This document shows, piece after piece, positions 45,967 through 54,527 of a DNA stretch of 64,000 nt (positions are counted from its first letter, which is position 1; each line of letters opens with the position of its first letter). The notes beneath the pieces are model-generated. The model worked only from the letters and a program-made list of their open reading frames with translations. It had not been told where the DNA came from and made no database searches. The DNA lies in NCBI GenBank assembly GCA_963817575.1, contig CAWFOY010000003.1, positions 1,680 to 65,679 of the forward strand, written 5' to 3'. The DNA is from an uncultured Gemmatimonadales bacterium. Lineage in GTDB: Bacteria; Gemmatimonadota; Gemmatimonadetes; Gemmatimonadales; GWC2-71-9. A program made the position numbers and the translations under genes.

Positions 45967-46875
45967 ATGACGCGTCCCTCTCCAACTCTCGGCGAGCGCG
46001 CGCGGGGCGCCCTCCTCGGGCTCGCCGCCGGCAACGCGCTGGGAGTGCCAACGGAATTCCTGGGTTCTTCCGACGCCATTCGGGCGGCGTTTCCCGACGG
46101 CGTCCGCGACATTCCGCCGGTGCGCCAGGCGGATTCGCCGTTCGACGACGACACGGCGATGACGCTTTTGCTCGCCGAGGAACTGCTGGAGCCCCAGCTG
46201 AGCCTTGAGCGGCTGGCCGGCCGCTGGATCGAGTGGATGGATTCGGATGGACGGGGCATCGGCGTCCAGACACGGTCCGCCCTGAACCACATCCGGACCC
46301 ACGGCTCGCCGCCGGCCGGCTCGGGTGGAATCGCGGGGAACGGCGCCGTGATGCGCTGCCTCCCGGTGGCGCTCGCCACCCTGGGGTCGCCTGCGAATCT
46401 CGTGAGCGGCAGTTATCACACCGCCGCCATCACCCATCCCGACGACCGGTGCACCTGGGGCGCCGTGGCCGTCAACGTGGCCGCCGCGGAGCTGCTCAAG
46501 GGCCGGCGTGACTTCCTCGCCGACGTGCTTGAAGTGCTTCGCATCAATGAGGCCCCTCCGGTGCTGTTGGACGCGGTCCGACGGGTACCCCTCGAGCGGC
46601 GCGAAGAGCTGCCGCTGACCGGCCCGGAGCCCGGATACGTGGTGCATTGTGTCGAGATCGGGCTCTGGTTCGCCTGGCACGAGCCGAATCTGGAGCGCGG
46701 CCTCATCTGGCTGGCGAACGCCGGAGGCGATACCGATACGAATGCCGCGGTGGCCGGTGCCCTGATGGGCGCGCGGGATGGCGAGCCGGCGATCCCCGCC
46801 CGGTGGATCGCCGCGCTGCCGCAGGTGGAGCGGTTGCGTGAGCTGGCCACCCGGCTCGTGGGGCAGGCCGCATGA
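45967..46875 (+). CDS. ADP-ribosylglycohydrolase family protein
   Basis: From ATG 45967: MTRPSPTLGERARGALLGLAAGNALGVPTEF..FDDDTAMTL..GGDTDTNAAVAGALMGARDG... Confidence 0.8.
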   Translation: MTRPSPTLGERARGALLGLAAGNALGVPTEFLGSSDAIRAAFPDGVRDIPPVRQADSPFDDDTAMTLLLAEELLEPQLSLERLAGRWIEWMDSDGRGIGVQTRSALNHIRTHGSPPAGSGGIAGNGAVMRCLPVALATLGSPANLVSGSYHTAAITHPDDRCTWGAVAVNVAAAELLKGRRDFLADVLEVLRINEAPPVLLDAVRRVPLERREELPLTGPEPGYVVHCVEIGLWFAWHEPNLERGLIWLANAGGDTDTNAAVAGALMGARDGEPAIPARWIAALPQVERLRELATRLVGQAA

Positions 46876-47351
46876 CGACGCTTCGGCCGGCCACGCAGGC
46901 CGATCAGGGGCCCGTGCGGGAACTGCTCGCGACCGCGGGACTTCCGGTTGAGGGTCTGGAGGACTTCTTCCCGGCCGGTTATGCGGTGGCGGAAGTCGAC
47001 GGCCGTGTGGTCGCCGCGACCGGCATTGAAATCCACGGTGAGGACGGACTTCTCCGTTCGGCGATCGTCGCCCCGGAATGGCAGGGCAAGGGGATTGGCC
47101 GGCTGCTTGCCGAGGAACGGCTCAGCTGGGCCTCCCGACACGCCCTGCGGGCTGTTTACCTGTTGACCACGACGGCGGCCGGCTACTTCCCGCGTGTGGG
47201 CTTCCGTCCCATCCGGCGGGAGGACGTCCCGGCGGGGATTCAGACCTCCCGGGAGTTCACCTCCACCTGTCCCTCCAGCGCCGCCGTCATGCGCTTGATA
47301 CTCGATCCTTACTCCTCTTCCCCACACAGCCGGAAGGCCTCGATCACATGA
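46872..47351 (+). CDS. GNAT-family N-acetyltransferase (ArsN2/ArgA-like)
   Basis: 159 aa with an ATGA overlap. It has the acetyl-CoA motif ..VAPEWQGKGIGRLL.. and the C-terminal ..REFTSTCPSSAAVM.. seen in ArsN2-type enzymes (from memory). Confidence 0.65.
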   Translation: MTTLRPATQADQGPVRELLATAGLPVEGLEDFFPAGYAVAEVDGRVVAATGIEIHGEDGLLRSAIVAPEWQGKGIGRLLAEERLSWASRHALRAVYLLTTTAAGYFPRVGFRPIRREDVPAGIQTSREFTSTCPSSAAVMRLILDPYSSSPHSRKASIT

Positions 47352-48898
47352 AACGAATTCTTTTCCTGCTCGCCGCCCTGGGCGCGGTGCCTGCCGCCGC
47401 TCAGACCGCCGCCCCGTCCGTCTCGCGGGCTGCCGTGGACACCACCGGCGCCGGGGCCCTCGTGGACCAGGCAATGAATCACTCCGAAGTGATGCAGAAC
47501 CTCGAGTACCTCGGCGACATGATCGGGCCGCGGCTCACCGGCTCGCCCGCGATGGAGCGGGCCAACCACTGGACCGCCGACCGTTTCAAGGCGTACGGGC
47601 TGACCGCGACGCTCGAGCCCTGGCAGTACGGCGTCTCCTGGGAGCGCGGTCCCGCCACCTTCCGCATTACCGCACCGTTCCAGCGGAACCTCGTGGGACA
47701 CAGCTGGGCGTGGACCGCAGGAACCAGGGGCAAGACCGTGGGAGGGCCGGTGGTGCTCGTAGATGCCTCCACGCCGGAAAGCCTCGCGGCCAACCTCCCG
47801 AAGGTGAAGGGGGCCTGGCTCCTGCTGCGGCCGGCGTCCTCGATCTGGAATCCCGATGGCCCTGCGATGACCGCTGCCGACTCCGCGGTGCAGCGCGCCG
47901 ACCAGGAGAAGCGGATGGCTGCCGCCCGGGCGGCCAACGCCGATTCCAGTGAGGCCGCGCGGAATGCGAGGCGACAGTTCAACACTGACCGGCCCTACCT
48001 GCTGAAGCAGGCAGGGGCGCTCGGCGTGCTGACCGACGGCGGCAAGGAACACGCGTTGATGACGATGAGCGGGTCGGCCAATAACGTCTCGCCGCTGCCG
48101 AACATCGTGATCGCGCACGAGGACTACGCGCTGTTCGACCGGCTCATTCGCCGGGGCACCACGCCGCGGCTGGAGGGGCGGGTGGAGAATACGCTCGGCT
48201 CAAAGCCGGTGACCCAATGGAATACCGTCGGCGAGATTCGGGGCAGCGAACTGCCGGGCCAGGTGGTCATCCTGGGTGCGCACCTCGACAGCTGGGACCT
48301 CGGTACCGGGGTCACTGACAATGGCACTGGATCGATGGTCGTGCTCGAGGCCGCCCGCGTCATCGCCCAGAGCGGGCTCAAGCCCAGGCGGACGATCCGC
48401 TTCATCCTGTTCAGCGGCGAGGAGCAGGGGCTGCTCGGGTCGCGCGCGTACGCCGCCGCGCATGCCGCCGAGGCGGACAGCATTCAGGCCGTGCTCGTGC
48501 TCGACAACGGCACCGGGATGATCACCGGTCAGGCGCTGCAGGGCCGCAAGGACGACGAGCAGCTCTGGAAGGACTTGCTGGTGCCGGTCACTTCCCTCGG
48601 CGCCACGAAGGTGCGCGATGCGAACAAGGGTGGGACCGACCATCTGTCATTCATTCCCTACGGGGTGCCCGGTTGGAATTTCGACCAGGAGACGCGTGGG
48701 TACAATCACACGCATCACTCACAGGTGGACACGTACGATCACGCCGTCGGCAGCGACTTGATGCAGGCGTCCGCCGTGATGGCGGTGACGGCGCTGGAGC
48801 TGGCGAACCTGCCGGAGCTCTTGCCGAGGGGCGCCAAGCGGCCCGTGACCGCCCCGACTGTGTCGAAGCCGAGCCCGGGGCTGGATAAGGTGAAGTAA
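47348..48898 (+). CDS. M28-family aminopeptidase with PA domain, secreted
   Basis: From ATG 47348 (ATGA overlap): MKRILFLLAALGAVPAAAQ.. is followed by ..ILGAHLDSWDLGTGVTDNGTGSMVVLEAARV..FILFSGEEQGLLGSRAY..GGTDH... Confidence 0.85.
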   Translation: MKRILFLLAALGAVPAAAQTAAPSVSRAAVDTTGAGALVDQAMNHSEVMQNLEYLGDMIGPRLTGSPAMERANHWTADRFKAYGLTATLEPWQYGVSWERGPATFRITAPFQRNLVGHSWAWTAGTRGKTVGGPVVLVDASTPESLAANLPKVKGAWLLLRPASSIWNPDGPAMTAADSAVQRADQEKRMAAARAANADSSEAARNARRQFNTDRPYLLKQAGALGVLTDGGKEHALMTMSGSANNVSPLPNIVIAHEDYALFDRLIRRGTTPRLEGRVENTLGSKPVTQWNTVGEIRGSELPGQVVILGAHLDSWDLGTGVTDNGTGSMVVLEAARVIAQSGLKPRRTIRFILFSGEEQGLLGSRAYAAAHAAEADSIQAVLVLDNGTGMITGQALQGRKDDEQLWKDLLVPVTSLGATKVRDANKGGTDHLSFIPYGVPGWNFDQETRGYNHTHHSQVDTYDHAVGSDLMQASAVMAVTALELANLPELLPRGAKRPVTAPTVSKPSPGLDKVK

Positions 48899-48917
48899 CC
48901 AGCCACACCTGAATGCT

Positions 48918-48951
48918 GAGAAGGGGGCTCCGGTTCAGGGGCCCCCTTCTC
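48918..48951. terminator. Bidirectional terminator hairpin between the M28 peptidase gene and queF
   Basis: GAGAAGGGGGC (48918..48928) pairs with GCCCCCTTCTC (48941..48951) around a 12-nt loop. Confidence 0.6.
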
Positions 48952-49019
48952 GATTCCAGGTCGACTCAGCGATGGCGGCGGTTCTTGCGGGATCCGGAGG
49001 AGTCGCCTCGAGAGAGGCG

Positions 49020-49409
49020 TCAGGCGGCCGGGAGGCGCACCGTGCAGGTGGTCAGGAACCCGCCGCGGATGTTGTACGCGGTCGTCACCTCGAGCCATTT
49101 CGCGGCGAGCACCCGCTGCAGGTCCTCGGCGATCTTCGCCGTCGCGTGTTCCTGGTAAATCCCGACGTTGCGATAGCTTACCACGTAGTATTTCAGGGAC
49201 CTGAGCTCGACGCACCGGCCGGCAGGAACGTAGCGGATCGTCAGCCGGGCGAAGTCGGGAAGCCCGCTGTAGGGGCAGACGGCGGAAAACTCCTCCGTCT
49301 CGGTGAGGATCTGCTGCTCCGGACCGTCATAGGGGAACGTCTCGAGCACCCCGGTCTCGACGTGCTCGGGTCCGACGAACGGCAGGTGGCGGCGTTCGGG
49401 TGTTGGCAT
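49020..49409 (-). CDS. queF: NADPH-dependent 7-cyano-7-deazaguanine reductase (type I QueF)
   Basis: 129 aa. ..EEFSAVCPYSGLPDFARLTIRYVP..CVELRSLKYYVVSYRNVGIYQEH.. is the QueF catalytic Cys and QueF motif. Confidence 0.9.
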   Translation of the reverse strand: MPTPERRHLPFVGPEHVETGVLETFPYDGPEQQILTETEEFSAVCPYSGLPDFARLTIRYVPAGRCVELRSLKYYVVSYRNVGIYQEHATAKIAEDLQRVLAAKWLEVTTAYNIRGGFLTTCTVRLPAA

Positions 49410-49416
49410 GGGGTCT

Positions 49417-49537
49417 GGATGGTCGGATGGGCGGATGGGCAGCGGGGCAGCGAGTGTCCCGGCCGGCGCCGCGTGGGTCGGTCGGGGAATCTAACCCCCC
49501 ATCCGATCGGACCGCCCATCTGCCCATCTGCCCATCC
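49417..49537. repeat. Second copy of the GATGGGC(A/G) octamer-array palindromic element
   Basis: The left arm GGATGGTCGGATGGGCGGATGGGCAG (49417..49442) is an imperfect reverse complement of CCGCCCATCTGCCCATCTGCCCATCC (49512..49537). It uses the same octamer as 2894..3009 and lies between the acyl-CoA dehydrogenase stop and the queF start. Confidence 0.85.
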
Positions 49538-49544
49538 ACCCTCC

Positions 49545-51401
49545 CTACATCCCCCGGACAATCCCCTCTTCCAGCCACGCGTACTGCTTGCCCACAACGT
49601 GCTGCGCCACGGCGTAGTTGGCGCGGTCGTCGTTGTCGAAGATCGCCGCGAACCGGTCCTCGATCCGCCGGCGGGAATTCCGCGCGAAGAGATCAGCCAG
49701 CTCGATGGGCGTGCGGTCCCCGGGGTTTCGGGTGACCATCCACTGCGCCCGGGACACCGTCGCGGAAATGGCGAACAGCTCGGCCCCGATCTCGACCAGG
49801 CGCCCGAGGACGGCCTGCCGTTTTTCGAGTTTGGGGCCGAATCGGATCATGGCGTGGAAGAGCGCACGCGCCAGCTTCCGCGAGCGCCGTTCAACGTAGC
49901 GCAGGTGGCGGGTAAGGGGGCCGAACTCGCCGTAGCCGAAGCGCCCCCGGAGTCCGATCCACAGCTTCGGGTACCAGATCGCGTAGAACCCCGCGGCCTT
50001 GAAGAGCGCCTTCAGCTTGGTCCCTGCGGCGGCCTTCGGGTCGATGAGCGGTCCTGCCACGTCGAGATGCGTGTCCACCGCCTCCCGGGCGATGAACAAG
50101 CGCATGATCTCGCTCGACCCCTCGAAGATCAGGTTGATGCGGAAGTCCCGCATCATCCGCTCCACGGGATCGGGGCGTTCGCCACGGCTCCGGAGGCTGT
50201 CAGCCGTCTCGTAGCCTCGACCGCCCTTGATCTGCAGGGTGTCGTCCACGATACGCCAGCCGATCTCCGTATTCCACATCTTGGCAATCGCTGCCTCGAG
50301 GCGGATATCCGCGTTGCCGCGGTCGGCCAGCAGGGAGGCCAGCTCGCTCACCGCTTCCATCGCGAAGGTGTCGGCCGCCATCCGCCCGAGCTTCTGGGCC
50401 ACCGCGTCATGCTTCACAATCGGCTGGCCCCACTGCACGCGCTCGGCCGCCCAGCGCCGCGCGATCTGCAGCGCCCGCTTGGCGCCGGCCGTCGCCGACG
50501 CGGGCAGCGTCAGGCGACCGGTGTTCAGCGTTACCAGCGCGAGCTTGAGTCCCTTGCCCTCGCCCCAGATGAGGTTCTCGACCGGCACGGCCACGTTCGT
50601 GAAGCGAATGACCCCGTTTTCAATGGCCTTGAGCCCCATGAAGTCGAGCCGGTTCACCACCTCGACCCCGGGCCAGTCGGTCTCGACGATGAAGGCGGAG
50701 ATCTTCTTGCCCGTCCGCGCCATCACCACCATGAGCTCGGCGATGGTCCCGTTGGTGCACCAGAGCTTCTCGCCATTGAGGATGTAATGCCGCCCGTCGG
50801 GCGTGAGCTCGGCGACGGTGGCGAGCCCGGCCGGGTCCGAGCCGACATTCGCCTCCGTCAGCGCGAATGCCGAGATGGTACCTCTGGCCAACCGGGGCAG
50901 GTACTTCTTCTTCTGCTCGGCGGAGCCGAACAACTTGAGGGGAACCGGTACGCCGATGGACTGAGCTGCCGAGAGGAGGGCGGTGATGCTGCCGTCCTGG
51001 CTCGTGACCAGGCCGATGGCTTTGGTGTAATTCAACTGGCTCAACCCCAGCCCGCCGTATTCCCGATCGATCTTGATGCCGAAGGCTCCCATCTGGCGGA
51101 GCTCCTCGATCACCTCCGGTGGGATCTTGCCTTCCCGGTCGATCTTGTCGCTGTCGACCTTCTCCCGCATGAAGGTCTCGAGCCGCTCCAGGAAGGGCCG
51201 GGCGCGCTCGACGTCGGCGGGTTCCGGCTCGGGGTAGGGATGGATCAGGTCCAGCCGGAACGAGCCCTCGAACAGCTCGCGCACGAAGCTCGGGGCCTGC
51301 CACTCCTTCTCGCGGGCCGCTTCGGCAACCTCGCGAGCTTCCTGCTCGGTCGTTTTCGGGACCGGACCGAAGTTGGTCGGCTGGGTGATCGTGGTCGTCA
51401 T
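49545..51401 (-). CDS. Long-chain-type acyl-CoA dehydrogenase
   Basis: 618 aa from ATG 51401 ([16 protein letters not shown]..). ..[24 protein letters not shown].. and ..IFEGSSEIM.. are present. It has the extended C-terminal domain found in about 600-aa ACADs. Confidence 0.85.
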   Translation of the reverse strand: MTTTITQPTNFGPVPKTTEQEAREVAEAAREKEWQAPSFVRELFEGSFRLDLIHPYPEPEPADVERARPFLERLETFMREKVDSDKIDREGKIPPEVIEELRQMGAFGIKIDREYGGLGLSQLNYTKAIGLVTSQDGSITALLSAAQSIGVPVPLKLFGSAEQKKKYLPRLARGTISAFALTEANVGSDPAGLATVAELTPDGRHYILNGEKLWCTNGTIAELMVVMARTGKKISAFIVETDWPGVEVVNRLDFMGLKAIENGVIRFTNVAVPVENLIWGEGKGLKLALVTLNTGRLTLPASATAGAKRALQIARRWAAERVQWGQPIVKHDAVAQKLGRMAADTFAMEAVSELASLLADRGNADIRLEAAIAKMWNTEIGWRIVDDTLQIKGGRGYETADSLRSRGERPDPVERMMRDFRINLIFEGSSEIMRLFIAREAVDTHLDVAGPLIDPKAAAGTKLKALFKAAGFYAIWYPKLWIGLRGRFGYGEFGPLTRHLRYVERRSRKLARALFHAMIRFGPKLEKRQAVLGRLVEIGAELFAISATVSRAQWMVTRNPGDRTPIELADLFARNSRRRIEDRFAAIFDNDDRANYAVAQHVVGKQYAWLEEGIVRGM

Positions 51402-51423
51402 ATATCGAGTATCTCGATGAAGG

Positions 51424-52071
51424 TCAGGCGCGAATTCTGCCGCGGGTGCCGCGCAGCACGAGGTCGATGACGTGGCGCTTCCTGGCCTGCAGGAAGGCCG
51501 GCGCCGAGGGGTCGATGCCGAGGGCACGGAGCATCGTGGCGGAATGCACCAGGGGGAACCAGCAGAGGCCGATCACGCTGAGCAGGAGCTGCGCGGCGTC
51601 ATCGGTGCGCGACGGGTCCAGGGCCAGCTCCGCGCTCATGGCCGCGAGGGCCTCGCGGGCGGCTTCCACATGAGGTGGCACGTCGTGCAGGTGCCGGCCG
51701 CCGGTGAGGGCTTCCCACTCGATGAGCCGGACGAAATTGGGATTCGCGGTGATGAAGTCGAAATACTCGGAGACCACGCCGGCCAGCACCGTCTCGGGCG
51801 CCTCGCCGCTCGCCAACGCCCGCTCACGGCCGCTCCGGACGGCGGCACGCACCGCGCCGAAACATCGCTCGAGGACCGCCCGGTACAGATCCGTCTTCGA
51901 GCCAAAAAAGTATCCAGGCGTGCCGCGGGACACGCCTGCGGCGGTTCCCACCTCGTTCAGGCTGGTGGCGTCGTATCCCTTTTCCGCAAATAACCGTTCG
52001 GCCGCGTCGAGGACGGCCTCGCGCGTGCGGTTGCCATTGCGTTCGAGGATGCTTGCAGGAGTAACGGCCAC
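51424..52071 (-). CDS. TetR/AcrR-family transcriptional regulator
   Basis: The HTH is ..[48 protein letters not shown]... The start is placed at GTG 52071. The track start at ATG 52131 would put the palindrome at 52084..52107 inside the CDS. Confidence 0.8.
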   Translation of the reverse strand: MAVTPASILERNGNRTREAVLDAAERLFAEKGYDATSLNEVGTAAGVSRGTPGYFFGSKTDLYRAVLERCFGAVRAAVRSGRERALASGEAPETVLAGVVSEYFDFITANPNFVRLIEWEALTGGRHLHDVPPHVEAAREALAAMSAELALDPSRTDDAAQLLLSVIGLCWFPLVHSATMLRALGIDPSAPAFLQARKRHVIDLVLRGTRGRIRA

Positions 52072-52083
52072 GTTCCACCCCGT

Positions 52084-52107
52084 AACTTGCTTGTTGTATA
52101 GCAAGTT
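52084..52107. promoter_or_regulatory. Candidate TetR operator (perfect 8-bp inverted repeat)
   Basis: AACTTGCT-tgttgtat-AGCAAGTT, just upstream of the proposed TetR start, in a locally AT-richer patch. Confidence 0.45.
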
Positions 52108-52165
52108 GGGGTCTGGTACGCCCGGAGTCAAGCGGGAAAGCGGGAGTCGAGATTGAGGCGAATTA

Positions 52166-52263
52166 GGCCGACGGGTCGGGTCGGCCCCTCCCGTCGGACG
52201 CCCAAACCACTCCCAACCGCCGCCCCGTCGGACGCCGACGTCCGGGGCCGATCCCGACCCGTC
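52166..52263. repeat. GC-rich palindromic intergenic element with internal direct repeats
   Basis: GGCCGACGGGTCGGGTCGGCCCC (52166..52188) faces GGGGCCGATCCCGACCCGTC (52244..52263). Inside lie two copies of CCCGTCGGACGCC (52190.. and 52224..). Confidence 0.7.
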
Positions 52264-52303
52264 ACGTGAGCTTCGGACTGACCCGCGTTCCCGCCTTCCC
52301 CGC

Positions 52304-53491
52304 TTACCCGCCTTCCCGCCTTCTTACCAACGACGCCGGCTTCGCGGCATCAAACCCGAATCGCTTCCGGACTTCATCCACTGCGGTCGTCAGTTGCCGG
52401 AGGCGGGTGCGCTCCGGGGCTTCGAACAGGTCGGCCGCCTGGGACTCCACCAGGTTCGTCGCGGCCACCCCGATGAGCCGCACGCCCTTGCCTCGGCGGC
52501 GCACTTCGGGAAACGCCGCCCGTAGCAGGTCCCGGGCGGCGGTGAGCAGGTCGTGATCGAGGTCGGTCGGCGCGGAAAACGTGCGACTCCTTGTGATGGT
52601 GACGAAGTCGCCGTGGCGGAGCTTGAGCGTGACCGTCCGCGCGGAGATGCCCTCCTCCCGCATTTGGCCGGCGACCCGCGCCGTCAGGAGGGTCAGCACT
52701 CGCTCGAGGTAGGCCAGGTCGGTCGCATCCTTCGACAGCGTGGTCTCCCGGCTGACCGACTTCGTGGCGCGCTGCCCCCGGAGCACCCGCCCGCCGTATC
52801 CATGCGCGCGGAGCTTCAGCCCCTTCGCGGTGTCCCCGATCAGTCGCTCCAGCTCCTCCCGTGTGCGGTCCTGCACCTGCGCGACTTCAGTCAGACCCAG
52901 GGAAGCGAGCCGCGCAGCGGTGCGCGGACCGATGCCCGGCAACGCATTGAGGGGAAGCCCCGCCAGGAACCCTTCTTCCCACCCTTCCCGCACCTCCATC
53001 AGGCCCCTTGGCTTCGCATGGTCCGACGCGAGCTTCGCCACCATCCGGTTCGGACCGATTCCAATGCTGCAGTTGAGGCCTGTCCTGGATCCCACCGTGT
53101 CCCGAATCCGCTCGGCCACGGGGAGCAGCGAGTGCGGGTAGAGCCGATCTGTGCCGGAGAAGTCGAGGTAGGCCTCGTCGAGCGACGCCATCACGACGAC
53201 AGGCGAAAATTCTTCCAGTACCGTCCGGACCGCCTGGGACGCGCGGCCGTATTCCTTGAACGCCCCCTGAAAAAACGTCGCGCCGGGACACCTTCGCACG
53301 GCTTCTGCGATCGGCATTCCGGCGCGCACGCCGAATTTCCTTGCCCCATACGAGGCGGACTGCACGACACCCCGCTGATCCCGCCGGCCCCCAACCACGA
53401 GCAGCTCGATGTCCCGGAGCTCGGGATGAACCTGCCGGCACACCTCGACGAAGAACGCGTCGAGGTCCACGTGAATGATGCGGCTCGTCAG
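52304..53491 (-). CDS. dinB: DNA polymerase IV (Y-family); start codon non-canonical or uncertain
   Basis: ..IIHVDLDAFFVEVCRQ..GVVQSASYGARKFGV..SLDEAYLD.. and ..PGIGPRTAARL.. are present. The track start GTG 53470 falls inside the conserved IIHVDxDxFF motif. The 5' end is placed at CTG 53491 (see findings). Confidence 0.88.
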   Translation of the reverse strand: MTSRIIHVDLDAFFVEVCRQVHPELRDIELLVVGGRRDQRGVVQSASYGARKFGVRAGMPIAEAVRRCPGATFFQGAFKEYGRASQAVRTVLEEFSPVVVMASLDEAYLDFSGTDRLYPHSLLPVAERIRDTVGSRTGLNCSIGIGPNRMVAKLASDHAKPRGLMEVREGWEEGFLAGLPLNALPGIGPRTAARLASLGLTEVAQVQDRTREELERLIGDTAKGLKLRAHGYGGRVLRGQRATKSVSRETTLSKDATDLAYLERVLTLLTARVAGQMREEGISARTVTLKLRHGDFVTITRSRTFSAPTDLDHDLLTAARDLLRAAFPEVRRRGKGVRLIGVAATNLVESQAADLFEAPERTRLRQLTTAVDEVRKRFGFDAAKPASLVRRREGG

Positions 53492-54513
53492 GGCAACTCC
53501 ACCACGGCAATCGACGCGCCCTTCACCGGCTGGGAAGCATTGGCTCCCGCCGCGAAGTTCAGGTTGGCCAGATACGCCTTCTTGCCCACCAGCTTGAGTT
53601 CGGCCGGGAAGCGCAGTGCGTTCCCCGGACCCGTCATCGTGTATGCCGGTCGATACGTCGAATCGGGCATTCCGCCGCCGGGCGAACTGAAGGCCACAAC
53701 CGTGATGTCACCCGCGGGGCTCACGCGCACGAGGGAGTTCCGGAAGTTGGCATCGATCCAGAGATTGTCGTCGCCGTCCACCACCACGCCGTCGGCGCCG
53801 ATCAGCCGCGCGTCCTTTACGAAGGTTGCGACGGCACCCGGCTTGTAGTCCGGACCGACCGCCAGGCGAGTCACCTCGCCGGTCCCCGTGTTCACCGTGT
53901 ACAACGCGCCCTTGGAGTCGAATCCGATACCGTTGACCGTGAAGTCACGGACCGGCATCGTGGTATCGGCGGACTTCGGCGAGTATGCGCTCGCAAAGAC
54001 GACCGCCGGGCCGCCCTGCGGTGGCGCGTGATAGACATTTTCCGTATTGCCGCCCCCAACCCACAGATGGCCGGCCCGGTCGAACGCCAACCCGTTCGCT
54101 CCCTTCGCGCCGGTGACGAACGGCGTCGCGTCCTTGGCGGGGTTGAAATCTCCGGTCCCGAGCCGGCTCGCGTTCACGCGATAGACGATCCCAGCCTCCG
54201 GCACTGCGGCATACAGGTTCCCTTCCGCGTCCGTCACCAAACCCAGAATCCAGGTTCCCGGCGCGACCGGCAGCCGGCCGACTGCCACCGGTGTCGGAGC
54301 CGCGGGATCGACCCGGTAGATCGTCCCATCTTTCCAGTCGGCCACGTACAGCTGGCCGCCATGCGCGGCGATCCCCTCGATGGCGGATGAGCTGTCGCCA
54401 ATCGTGGCGAGAATGTCGACTCGCACGCCGGCAGCGGGCGGCGCCTCGGGCTGCTTCTCGGCACACGCGCCGACAAGAATCAGGAGGGCGGGGAGGAGGG
54501 GACGGTACGTCAT
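53488..54513 (-). CDS. SMP-30/gluconolactonase/LRE-like (NHL-type) beta-propeller lipoprotein
   Basis: 341 aa. It has a lipobox ..LILVGAC and repeated ..G(N/A)LYVA / ..GIVYRV / ..GLAFD..G.LWV / ..GIGFDSKGALYTV / ..DGVVVDGDDNLWI blades. Confidence 0.65.
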   Translation of the reverse strand: MTYRPLLPALLILVGACAEKQPEAPPAAGVRVDILATIGDSSSAIEGIAAHGGQLYVADWKDGTIYRVDPAAPTPVAVGRLPVAPGTWILGLVTDAEGNLYAAVPEAGIVYRVNASRLGTGDFNPAKDATPFVTGAKGANGLAFDRAGHLWVGGGNTENVYHAPPQGGPAVVFASAYSPKSADTTMPVRDFTVNGIGFDSKGALYTVNTGTGEVTRLAVGPDYKPGAVATFVKDARLIGADGVVVDGDDNLWIDANFRNSLVRVSPAGDITVVAFSSPGGGMPDSTYRPAYTMTGPGNALRFPAELKLVGKKAYLANLNFAAGANASQPVKGASIAVVELP

Positions 54514-54527
54514 GGTGCGTGACTCCT

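Noticed and set aside
44586-46379. Long N-terminal extensions given by the ORF track for several genes: gltA 46379, the PQQ dehydrogenase 5254, the M1 peptidase 38716, the M28 peptidase 47078, the ACAD 51527, the S8 protease 56850, the ferritin 56446 and pntB 11026.
   Set aside because: The extensions are low-complexity Arg/Pro/Ser-rich. They overlap neighbouring genes or divergent promoters. Internal starts coincide with family-typical N-termini, signal peptides and SD sequences, or with 4-nt stop-start overlaps.
49410-49544. A preQ1 riboswitch in the queF leader.
   Set aside because: The leader is extremely GC-rich. It lacks the short P1 stem plus A-rich tail (..ACAAAA../..AAAAAACUAA..) characteristic of preQ1-I and -II. 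The structure is explained by the octamer-array palindrome.
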